From Octopus vulgaris (Eukaryota), in the NCBI GenBank assembly GCA_951406725.2, contig OX597818.1, positions 30,380,001-30,444,000 on the forward strand: DNA of 64,000 bases. Reading direction: 5' to 3'. Positions 1 to 11,524 of the stretch are shown here, piece after piece. The position numbers and the translations under genes were made by a program. Within the stretch, counting starts at the first letter, position 1. Each line of letters begins with the position of its first letter. Under the pieces are notes generated by a model. It saw nothing but the letters and a program-made list of their open reading frames with translations. It searched no databases and had not been told where the DNA came from.

Positions 1-27
1 TTTTAATTTTGATGTTGTTGTTGACGT

Positions 28-171
28 ATCAAATGGAAATTGTAGTTAAAATACCCATGCTGGTGACACGTAAAAAGAAGCAGCCGAATGTGGCAGATGC
101 CAGTGCCGCCTGACTGGCGTCCGTGTCGGTGACACGTAAAAGCACCAACCGATCATGGCCGTATGCCATAT
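28..171 (+). mobile_element. RTE-LINE 3' UTR fragment with tandem hairpin/pseudoknot units
   Basis: CAAATGGAAATTGTAGTT...GGTGACACGTAAAA(A)G units, similar to 17394-17525; the same units follow an RTE ORF end at 61620-62090. Confidence 0.7.
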
Positions 172-483
172 ATATATGTATATATGTATATATATATATA
201 TACACAAACACACATACATACACATTTATATAACACCAATGTACATATATATAATATATAATATCATCATTTATCATCCATTTTCTATGCTGGCCTGTGT
301 ATGTATAATACTATTCCACAAGAGTGGCTGTGCAGTTAAAAGGTTTGCTTTTCAACTACATGGTTTTGAGATTTAGTCCCACTGCACAGCACCTTGAACA
401 AGCAAATGTCTTCTACTATAACCCCAGGCCAAAAAATGACTTGTTAGTAAATTCAGTAGACAGAAACTGAAAAGCCCATCCTG

Positions 484-484
<1 letters not shown>

Positions 485-542
<58 letters not shown>

Positions 543-583
543 TGAGTGAGTGAGTGAGTGAGTGAGTGAGTGAGTGAGTGAGT

Positions 584-640
<57 letters not shown>
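485..640. repeat. Compound microsatellite (TG)n(TGAG)n(AG)n inside a SINE remnant (about 320-800)
   Basis: Directly visible; it explains the low-complexity ORFs 373-687 and 453-662. Confidence 0.95.
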
Positions 641-644
<4 letters not shown>

Positions 645-2149
645 CTTTGGCACTGACGTCATGGGATAGTTGTAAAAGTAGTGTCATTCATTTCTAATAT
701 TCTGCAGAAATATATCTAGCTGAAAAAAATCTGTCTCAATCAACTCCATCAGACCCATGCAAGCATGGAAAGTGGATGTTAAAACAATGATCATGATGAT
801 GTACTTTTTAGTCCTCTTAAACATTGGGGACCACAGATTAAGGCCAATGACATTGCTGTAAAGTGGGCATATATAACCATGATGAAATCCTTTGCTTAAT
901 AAACTTTCAATTCAATATGGATTGTATAAGACTAGGATGTGAATTGGCACATAACCAGGACTCAGTTCTAAAGGTAATGCTGACACAGATGACTGAATTC
1001 TCTCGGTGAAGCTGACTAATGAAACAACTTTCCATTGACTTCTTCAGTTCTTAAACAGAACATTGCAAATGAAATACTAAAGAGAGCGAGAAAGAGAGAG
1101 GACTTAAGTCATAAACAAATGATATACAATAGCTCATATTTCAATGATAGGTGATCAAATACTTGCTGTCATAGAATTATGAACTGCAGCTACCAGTTTA
1201 GCCTGCTAGAGTATATATATACATTAACTTGATTAATGGTGAATATTTAATGAGAATACATTGTATAAAGAATACAGTAGTGAATTTCAGTATTTGTTCA
1301 TTGTGTGAGTGGTGTGTGATAGAGCATGGTATGGATGTGAAAGGCTGGGATAAAATGACTGGCAACCAATCTGACTTCAAGGAAGATTAAAGGAAAGCGA
1401 GAAAAAAACTTAAGAGCTTGAAGAAGATTCCTATAAAAATAGGTAGTTACATCTCCTCAAGAAGTGCAGTTACTGTAAAAGAGATTGCCATACACACATT
1501 AGAAACCCTAGTCAAGTAAAACCCTGCAATGACTGGCATGACTCAGGGCTCATAGCTGAAAAGAGATGCACTTGTTTTTATTGTCCCTGAAAGCAAGAAA
1601 AATCAATGTCGACTGGCAGGATGGATTTAAACTCAAAATGTAAAGAAGACATTCTTATAAGTAGTTTTCTTCAAGGTAATCTTTGGATGAATTAGAAAGA
1701 TTGTGTACATATCAGTGATTTAGCTAGAATTTTCTGAAATTATAGCAACAATTAAGCTTTTGGATTCAGCAAAAAATATCAAAAACCTACAATTTTTCAT
1801 TAATTATAAAATTCAATAAAAGTTTCAATAATATTGCATTTTTTATGCCAGAGTAACCAAATTCTTTTAAACTAATAGTGAATTTTATGAAACCATTGTT
1901 TTGAATCAATTTTAAACAGGAAACTTCTGTTCAAAAATATGTCATGCACAAGGATTATAGAAGCTAAGTTATAGGATATATTACTGTGAGAGTCATTTTA
2001 GAAGTCATCAATTTGTTGAGAAAGAATATATGGTCTTGCTATCTTAAGTATGAGGAATGTTTCTAAATGAATGAAAATAATGCTTAATGTATTTGGTATC
2101 AAGTCTAGTCAATTGATGAAGATAAATGATGAGGACTGGATAATTAAAA

Positions 2150-2860
2150 TAGATATGCAGAAAATGAGTAAGCAGGTATTCCTTATAGTGTACCCATCAT
2201 AAAGCATGGATGCACGAGAGGCATAATGGGATCACAGACAGGATAACAAGGAAGGTAAACTCCAAATGCGGTGGTTGCACCTGAGTAGCTAGCAGTAAGA
2301 GTACAAGTGAGAGGAATTCCTCAAAAACTTAGGAGTAGTTGATATCTTTTGCTACCTAAGTGATGTAATTAGCAGTGAAGATGAACACTTGCAAAGTATA
2401 ATAGACAGAGTAAGAATGTGTCGGAAGAAGTTCAGGATGCTAATGTCTCTGCTGGCAATAAAGTGATTCTCTTTCAGAGTGAAAGGTAGGTTATGTAATA
2501 TTTGTACAGCAAGACATGATCTTTGAATACAGAGTTTTTGAGAAAGCTGGAAAGAAAAGAAGTGAAAAGGCTCTGATGGATGTGTAGTGTGCATGAACAA
2601 TGGAGCATAAATAAGCTGAGAGAAGAAAGGGGACAAAAAAGAAGAATCAGATGTAGTGTACAATATACGAGACTGTGCTGGTATTGGCATGTGATGAATA
2701 TGGAGGATGCCAGTTGAATAAAGAAGTTCCAAGTACTCAGAGTAGATGGAACCTGTGGAAAAGGGAGGCCATGGGATCCCAAGATGTTGAACCAAATGAA
2801 GGAGAATAAAAAGGTTAGAGATTTGAGACATGCTTTACTAAAGAGAGCCTGCACAGCCCA
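2150..2860 (+). mobile_element. Degenerate RTE-clade LINE, C-terminal ORF region
   Basis: Broken translation resembles the RTE C-terminus (KLRE..IRCSVQ..RLCWYWHV..GTCGKGRP); homologous to 8870-9200 and 61280-61620. Confidence 0.7.
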
Positions 2861-5002
2861 TGAGCATGAAGAAACAAGATGTATAAACTATGTTGATAGA
2901 GATTGGGATGTAAAATGTCTACGTTTTGGTTTCTCCTAACTATTCTGTTCATATTAAGTCTCAATGTATCATTCTTCCATTTGCTTCCTTAGACTCACCT
3001 ATCACACTCTCTTCCCCAGCCAATACACCTCCCTATTATCACTGTTTCTCACTCATCATGGAATGCATAACGATAGATAACAGTGCATTGAATTTGTCTG
3101 TATTCAATCCCTACTTCTTCATAGTTAAACATAATTCTCTCTCTCTCCCATTACTTCATTTATCATTCATTGACACCTATCACCAATCTTCATAGCTATC
3201 CATTACTCTCTCTCTCTCTCATACACTCACTCTTCCATTATTAATCACTGTTATCTACTCTTATTTCCAATCCTTCTTCTTCCACCATACAATCTCCTTC
3301 CTATCACTTTCTCTTCCCCCATCAGCCCTTTTGAATCTCTTTACCAACAATCATCATGTAGCATTTTATCACTCTCTCTCTATTCTTTCACTTTCACCCT
3401 TATTGTCCACGCCTACCACTGGGTCATTTCTATGCCCCTCATGCTGGCCATCTTTCCATACTTCCTTTTTGCCTGCTGGAGATGAGACAACCTTCTAATG
3501 ATGGTGAAGAAAAAACAGTCTTTTCTAAACCAAAACAATCTCGAATGTTGCTGCCACAATAAAATGTATCTAGCTACAGCAAACATATCAAAAAATATGT
3601 AATGTACAAGTGAGATGTGATCCCCAACCTATTTAGGAGGTGGCAGTAGCTCCAAATAAGAACACAACTCAGTCTATGATGACCTGCCCAACCCATGTGA
3701 ACACAGAAAAATGAATGAAAGAATAGCGATGATAATGATGATGATGATAATAGAGAGGCTATAGGGCTATAGAAAATTACCATGGTATAAGTATTTCACT
3801 ATTTCACAAGGGAAAATAGCAAGAGTAGTACTTATATCTCTAGAACTTAGAGAATGCTGAAGAAAAAGAAATAATTACTCATTAAGTCAAATATGTAATG
3901 CAGAAGTCATTTTACTTAACTGCTAATACTCTGGAGTACCAGATGAGTATAAGAATATTCTATTTCCTTTTCTGCCTGGAAACACAGGGTCCTGTGGCTA
4001 GTTAAAAGTACTTTAAAATTATCCTAACTGCTGATATAAGGAAAAATTACCCTAACTGCAGATATAAAGAAAACTAAAGGAATCACCATCATTTTACATC
4101 CACTTTTCATGTTTGCATGAGTTGGACAAGTCATCACACTCCAGGTAAGTACTAATTTGGAGTTACTGTCTTCATAAATTGGTTGAAGGACCACATCTCA
4201 CTTGTACATTTTTTTTTAGGTTCGGTTTCTATGGCTAGGTGTTATTCCTATTATCAACCACTTTACAGGGTGTACAGGTGAGGTATTTAATCTTGGCAGA
4301 GGTTGTTATGCCCTTGACATGACAAGACTAACAGTCTTTAAGACTCTAGATTCTCACCACTCAGATGCTAACCATTTTTACCAGTTTCCACATGCATCAG
4401 AAGTGGATTCTGAAAATTCAAACACTTGTCAGAACTGTTAAATGTGTTTTTACAGTTGGATATTCTTAACACAAATTATTTAACTGTAAAATGATAAAAC
4501 TACTTAACTATTTTTACTAATGAATTTTTTTTACAAGAAATAATTACAGTATTTTATCAACAAAAGATTTTTCATTTTGACCATAATGTTTGATAATTGT
4601 ATCACAATAACGACTTAGTCACTACCTGACTTGTATTGTGAAAGAAAAAGTTTAATGTATTTGTTTTGCAAGATTCTTGATGTGAAATCGTGTGTTGAAA
4701 CAGATATTGTTATATATCGGAATAGTCATTATTTTTTCTTTTGACAAATAAACACACACACACACACACACAATATATTCACCCATTCTGAATGGACCAA
4801 ACAGGACAGGAGGAGACACATGGAAGAGAGAGTCACTGAAGAGATCACAGAATGTGTGATGAAAGATTTCAGACAAAGGACACTAAAACAAGAACAATAA
4901 TAAAGCTGAAGCGTAGAACAAGTATATAGTGTGTGAGTTTATTTACCAAAGAAAAAAAAAAAATCATCCTGAAAAATAACAATAAAAGTTTGTTTCCGGA
5001 GA

Positions 5003-5385
5003 GGCGCAGGAGTGGCTGTGTGGTAAGTAGTTTGTTTACCAACTACATGGTTCTGGGTTCAGTCCCACTGCGTGGCACCTTGAGCAAGTGTCTTCTACTA
5101 TAGCCTCGGGCCGACCAAAGCCTTGTGAGTGGATTTGGTAGACGGAAACTGAAAGAAGCCCGTTATATATATATGTATATATGCGTGTGTGTCCCCCCAA
5201 CATCGCTTGACAACCGATGCTGGTGTGTTTACGTCCCCGTAACTTAGCGGTTTGGCAAAAGAGACCAATAGAATAAGTACTAGGCTTACAAAGAATAAGT
5301 CATGGGGTCGATTTGCTCGACTAAAGTTGGTGCTCCAGCATGGCTGCAGTCAAACGACTGAAACAAGTAAAAGAGTAAAAGAGAG
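5003..5385 (+). mobile_element. tRNA-derived SINE family A (main family), full length
   Basis: Head GGCGCAGGAGTGGCTGTGTGGTAAG (A box), GGTTCAGTCCC (B box), internal microsatellite, tail CCAGCATGG..CAGTCAAACGACTGAAACAAG(TAAAAGAG)n; at least 10 copies in the window. Confidence 0.9.
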
Positions 5386-6945
5386 ATTTCTCCAACACAG
5401 TAGCATTGTAAAAAAAAAAAACCCTAAAGTAACTGATGTGACTCACTGATACTTAAACACTGCTGTACATTAAAAAATGTTTACATAAAAAAAAAAAAGA
5501 TGTAACAATGGCATGATAAAATCACAAGACATCTACAAAAAAAATTCTTCAATTATTTTATTTGATCTCATATTTTCTATAATTAAACCTTAAATTTGTC
5601 TTTGGAAATGATCTTCAAGTCAAAAGACAAAAATTTCTCAAGTGTTTAGAATAAATTAAAATTTAGTTTACCAAATCCTTTGCTGTCAATACTTTGATCA
5701 CAATCCTACAACAGTAAAACACTGAGAAAGCAACAAGAGTAAAGATTTGACACTGTTTTGCACTATCATCATAAGCTTCCCCATCTTGTTCTTTATCATA
5801 TTCTCAATATTTATACAATGAAATATAAACTCTATAAAATAATAGTAAAGGGTCTGATACAATCAATTTCTTATCTCATTAAAATCCAAATGAACATTTA
5901 TTATTTTATAGGGACATCTGCCACAAATAATACAAAATTCACCCCCACCCCACCCCCAATATACCCATAGCCATTAGCAGTATTTTTTTTTTTTTAATCA
6001 AGTTTATAATAACAGCTTATTACTTTTACTTGACTTCATTTATCTGCAGACATACAAGAAAATGACAGTGATAATGAAAGACAGAAGGAGAGAAAGAAAA
6101 AGTGATTGTCTGGATTAAAGACAGATTGCATAAAATATGTCTGTTTAGTCAAATCCTAGTATGAAACTATGTAGGCCAACTGGAGGACTTTTAACAGTAT
6201 TCTTTATTTGTCAATGATTTCATGATAGAATACAGAAGTATAAGGAATCTCATAGAGCAGGACACTATTATTTACAATTAGCTGGTCTTAAGAGAAGCTA
6301 TAAAATAAATAAATACACAAAGAAAAAAATTAATTAAATAATTCATGCAAAATATGTGCAGAATAATGCTGATTTAGTTGTTTTGGCTCTGATAGAAAAT
6401 TACAATCCAAGGTAAAAATCTATATTTATATTAACAAGAAGGTTACAATACAAATGAGCTTCTTCTTTCACATATACATGCCTATATACTACTGCTGTTT
6501 CTATTTCCTTATGAAGCCAATAAGACATCTTTTGACATACTCTCTCCAAGATTGAATTGCAAAAGCTCCAGTAAGCAACTTTTATCTAAACGAGATCAAA
6601 TATCCAAAAGGTTTAAAAAAACGTAAATGATTGTCAATATTCATAATTGATAGATGCAGCATCAATGAGAAGGAAAGCAGAAGCCCTTGTATTTATTCAG
6701 TTCCAAGATGTGTATTTGGCAAATCAGTAAAATGAAAGCATAAAATGAGTTAAATTAGATAAAGAAATAAAATAGTCAAAATCACTATCATTAAATGGAA
6801 TAAATAAAAATAATTAATTTAGGCTTTTTTGGAAGTAGAAAAGAAGACTGGTTTTAACAATGAAAAATAACAAAAATATTGTAAACCATAATTGCATGCA
6901 TACAGCAATGTGATGCACACTGCAATATGCATATAGTTTGATGCC

Positions 6946-7392
6946 TCATCCAAAAAATGGAAATTTCTGAAACATAACTCGACATACTTCGACTTTTTTA
7001 TCTTCATTTTTGTTTTGAACTTCATATACCACTGCATCTTGTGGAAGATCTAACTTAAGAATTTTTCTCAAAGTACTTTTTGGAATTTGTAATTCTGCCG
7101 AACGCTTCCTCATTGATAATGAAGGAGAACGAATAAGTGACTCTTGTATTGCAGTTAAATGTTCAAATCTTGTCCTTGGTCGACCACAACGAGGTGCATC
7201 AAGAACACTACCAGTTTCAAATACTTTTTTCTCCCATTCTCTCAAGATGCGTGGTGTAGGTGAAGGCTTTCCAAAACGTTCCTGGAACAATCGCCGAATT
7301 TCGGGTATTTTTTTATTATTAAGAACACGATCATGCATCCAAACAGCTGCAATTAATCGTTCTTCGATTGTATATGGACTCTGGTCACTCAT
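6946..7392 (-). CDS. Tc1/mariner-derived helix-turn-helix protein (DUF4817-like), 148 aa, no DDE domain; candidate domesticated gene
   Basis: YTIEER...F.ETGSVLDAPRCGRPRT...PSLSMRKRSAELQIPKSTLRKILKLDL fits the N-terminal double HTH of Tc1/mariner transposases; intact ORF; polypyrimidine tract plus CAG acceptor (AG at 7407-7406) 13 nt before the ATG; no TIRs seen. Confidence 0.75.
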   Translation of the reverse strand: MSDQSPYTIEERLIAAVWMHDRVLNNKKIPEIRRLFQERFGKPSPTPRILREWEKKVFETGSVLDAPRCGRPRTRFEHLTAIQESLIRSPSLSMRKRSAELQIPKSTLRKILKLDLPQDAVVYEVQNKNEDKKVEVCRVMFQKFPFFG

Positions 7393-7989
7393 AGTAGATT
7401 AATGCCTGTGCAAAAATAAAAATAAAATAAGAGAAAATAATTAGCAATAATATTCAGAAATAACACTGCATGTCAAATCAAGTTAATATAATTACTATGA
7501 TAACTACTAAGTTGAAAAATAGTTTATCAGTTTTACAGCTGAGTGTAAATATATAATATATGTATATAAATGTAAAAACAATATTTGTTTGAGGGTAGGA
7601 CTGTGTTAATGACAACCTCAACACCAGACTCTCCTGTTAGCTTTGCTAACGTGATAGATATATCAGATTTGTGCAACTGAATGAAAACAGGACAAGGCAA
7701 CACCTGTAACTGAATGCTGTGTTTAATTAGCATCCATGTGGTACAAGGTTCGAATCCCACTGCACGATACTTTGGGTCACTATACCCTTGGATTGACTAA
7801 AGCCTTGTGAATGGAATGTGAAGAATGGAGATATATATATATAGACACATACATCCATATATATATTATAAACACACACACACATACATATGAAATAGAT
7901 GCATGTATACGTACTGCAAGAGAAAGAGAAATACTTAGCTAAAAGTAAGCTGCTGTACTTAACATTCAATGCAATCAAGCTTTTCAACA

Positions 7990-9200
7990 AGATTTTTTGC
8001 TCTATGACCACATGAACACTGAGGAGGTGACTTGTGAGAGCCATAAAAGTTATGTACAGAGCTGTTAAAAGTTAGCAGGGAGTTAACAATGTATACTGCA
8101 ACAATTTTAGTAAGCAAGTAGGAGTTCATCAGGGTTCAGTTCTTAGCCACCATCACCCCATTCATCAGGCTATAACAGAAGATTTTAACCCTTTCAATAC
8201 CAACCCGGCTGAAACTAGCTCTGGCTCTGTAGTACAAATGTCTCATTTTCACATGTTTTGAATTAAAATCTTCCAACAGACCTTAGTCACAATTTATGTT
8301 CCTAACACTATCTTAATGATAATCAAGTTATTTTACTAAATTCTTTGTTATATTTAAAATAATTGAAAAAAACACAGAGCATCTCAAAATAGATACAGTA
8401 ACAAAAGCGTTAAGACCAGTGTGGGAACTCTTGTACTAATGACCTTGCTATTATAACTGAAGTTATAAGTAGAATTAGAAAAGAAATTAATTCTACACAT
8501 TAATTTATATATGTCCAATTAATTTAATAACCAAAGTTTTAGTAAGTAGGAAAACACAAACAGATCTCAGCTTCCACCAGGGACATGGCCTTACTTGATA
8601 TGTAGACAAGTAGAAATATCATATAGTGTATGCAATGCAAACAATGGACACACAAGTGCAGTGGTATCATAGGCAGGTTAACAGAAAAAGCAGACTTTAC
8701 TTGTAGTAGATGCACAGGAACAATAAACACTAAAAACCCACACAAAATAGATTTTCTTAAATGCCCAGGAAAAACCCTAGAAGTAGTAAATAGTTTCTGT
8801 TCCCTAGGTGACCTAATTAGTAGTGGCAGTGGATATTCTCAATGCAAAGGACTTATGAAGATTAGAAAGAGATGAAGCTAGCATGCTGTAGTGGATGTGC
8901 AATGCAAGTGTACATGAATGACAAAGTACAAATGTATTGAAAGAAAACTTGGTCATAAAAGGTAGCAGATGTGGTGTGCAAGAAGGAGGACTGTGCTGGT
9001 ATAGACATGTGATGCATACAGATGAGCTGTATAAAGAAGCACTGATCACTTAATACAGATGGAGCCTGTGGATGAAGGAGACAAAGGAAGACATGAGATA
9101 AAGTAGTAAAAGCTAGTTTTAGTTCTTTGAACCACCTGAAAGAAATGACAAAACATATGGCTGGCAATATATAGTGATTGAGAAGACCCACCCATCTTGG
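7990..9200 (+). mobile_element. Degenerate RTE-clade LINE (RT to C-terminus) interrupted by a MITE
   Basis: GGAGTTCATCAGGGTTCAGTTCTTAGCC encodes GVHQGSVLS(P); Cys-rich segment CKQWTHKCSG..FTCSRC; RTE C-terminal motifs; many stops and frameshifts. Confidence 0.75.
8189..8409. mobile_element. piggyBac-type MITE
   Basis: TTAA|CCCTTT...AAAGCG|TTAA; second closely similar copy at 44399-44618. Confidence 0.8.
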
Positions 9201-9519
9201 AAAAATTGAAATTCTGGAAATACATTGGACATATATAAATATATACACACAACTGGATCCCTCACCCAAATTCTTCTTTAAGCTTTCTTCACCAACCATC
9301 ATCTTTCTATCACTGCCTAACTGCAGTATTCTGCAGCTGTAATTAAATGAGAGTAGAACAGCATATTTCATCATCTTTTTCTCTAGTACCAGTTAGCTTT
9401 TCCACAATCCAGAACCACTTCACTTAAAATTTATCCTTTAGTCTTAATATTGTCCCTCCCCTCCCCACATGAAGTTTACTTCAACCACCTTTCTATGCCA
9501 CCAAATTATCTCTCCTCTA

Positions 9520-10520
9520 TTATCTATGGCCATTAACATATACCGGACCTTCAATAACACTGACATAAACATCAAATTCAAGATTGAACATCCAGACAAA
9601 TCCAGAACCCTCACTCTACTCGACTTCCAATTCAAGATCACAGAGGAAGGCTCCATATTTACCAAATTCTATAGAAAAGCCACTAATAGAAAACTTTTCA
9701 TCCACTACCAATAAGCCTTGCCCACTAGAGCCAAAGTCGCATACATGAGAAACGAGATTGCACGTATAAACAACGATTGCAGCAATGTGACTGACAAAAC
9801 CGTCTACACCAAACAGTTCCTCAGAGATCTAACACTGAATGGCTACCCACCATCTTTAGCTAAACAATGGTGCCTGAAGAACATCAAGGTCAATAAACCC
9901 CAGAAGAACAGCATACTCCCAAGTCTGGCACGTGCTTCCTAAAGCTACCACACTTTGATGATAAAACTACTGCAGCGATACAACACGCAGTTCGCAGGGA
10001 AGGACTCGACATACAGATAGTGCACACTGGCCCTTCCCAAGAACAACACCTCACACTACTCTAAGGAGTGCACATTGTCGAACTGCCCCATCAATGACCC
10101 TGCATTGTGCCAGAGGATCTATGTTGTATATGAGATCATCTGTGGCAAATCCTACATCGGAAGCATGACAAGAAAACAGCATGTACACATTAAGGAACAT
10201 ATGCAGGCAGACGTTTCCGTGAAGAAACATTTACAGAAATGCCAGACCCGTGAGTTCACAGTGCACATCAAGGCAACACAGTGGTACAAGGGCAACCTTA
10301 GAATCTCTGAGGCTATCCTCATACACTAAAAGAAACCCAAGATCAATAATAGAAGGGAGTTGCAGGAATCTAGCTCATTGCTATAGCAACACCCTTGTGT
10401 GCATGTCCACTCCACACACACACATCGGCAACATTCATCAGTTTCTTGAAAATGGGGTCATAACCTCGAAATATTGAATACAAAGTAAGTCTACATTAAT
10501 TCACATATTTGTTTTCTTGT
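9520..10520 (+). mobile_element. Degenerate Penelope-like element (RT C-terminus plus GIY-YIG endonuclease)
   Basis: FNNTDINIKFKIE..TLTLLDF..TKFYRKAT; NGYP; VVYEIICGKSYIG..IKEH (GIY-YIG); eroded hammerhead-like core near 10445-10475. Confidence 0.8.
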
Positions 10521-10586
10521 GATTTACCTTGCATTTACTTTGCATTGTTTTGGCCTTACCCATGATCTTTTATACAATATATATAT

Positions 10587-10900
10587 TGTGTCGGTGGCAC
10601 ATAAAAAACACCATCCGAGTGTGGCCATTCGCCAGCCTCGTCTGGCACCTGTGTTGGTGGCACATAAAAAACACCATCCGAGCGTGGCCGTTCGCCAGCC
10701 TCATCTGGCACCTGTGTCGGTGGCACATAAAAAGCACCCACTACACTCACGGAGTGGTTGGCGTTAGGAAGGGCATCCAGCTGTAGAAACACTGCCAGAT
10801 CTGACTGGCCTGGTGCAGCCTTCGGGCTTCCCAGACCCCAGTTGAACCGTCCAACCCATGCTAGCATGGAAAGCGGACGTTAAACGATGATGATGATGAT
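10587..10900 (+). mobile_element. RTE-LINE 3' end: three tandem structured units plus (GAT)n tail
   Basis: Three TGTGT(C/T)GGTGGCACATAAAAA(A/G)CACC units at about 63-nt spacing, then GGTTGGCGTTAGGAAGGGCATCCAGCTG and CGTTAAAC(GAT)n. Confidence 0.85.
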
Positions 10901-11257
10901 ATATATATATGTGTGTGTGTGAAATATATTTGCCAGACATGACCCAGAAAATAGGCCTTTTTGAGAAAACAGTGTTTGAAGTTGAGTGTATCTGAGAACT
11001 AAAAGACTTTTCACAACTTTAGCCTTTTCTCATTTATCAAAAGGGTAGGACCCCTGGTATTTAAGGTAAAGTCATCTGCCACAACTACCATGTAAAAACA
11101 TCCATTAGTGACTTTGGCCCCGTTTTTCTCAGGTGTTTATTTAGTGACATCCAATGGATTTTTCCATGCACCATCACATGTACATATATATATATATATG
11201 ATGATGATGGACTCTCCCATCAAAGATGACATATGAGTGTTCAGCTTTTGCTGAATG

Positions 11258-11524
11258 CAGGGCTGTGGAGTTGAAGCAAAAAACTTCGACTCCAACTCCC
11301 GTACTATTGGCACCTCTGACTTCAATTCCGACTCCTCTTTATATAATTAAGTGATTGTGGTCTACATATCTCATAAAGCGTATGCATACACTTGTACTTT
11401 GAGTAGGCCTAACTGTTATAACTGGTTTATATTAAAGAATAAAGATATTGAGAGTTGGAGTCAATATAGTTTTACCGCCTCCAACTACCCCTTAATTGTT
11501 TCCAACTCTGAATCCACAGCCATG
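11258..11524. mobile_element. hAT-type MITE
   Basis: TIR CAGGGCTGTGGA / TCCACAGCCATG; perfect 8-bp TSD GCTGAATG (11250-11257 and 11525-11532); internal GACTCC/AACTCC repeats. Confidence 0.85.

Noticed and set aside
29-687. Short ORFs rich in YI, HT, SL or CV dipeptides (here and throughout the window)
   Set aside because: Translations of microsatellites and SINEs
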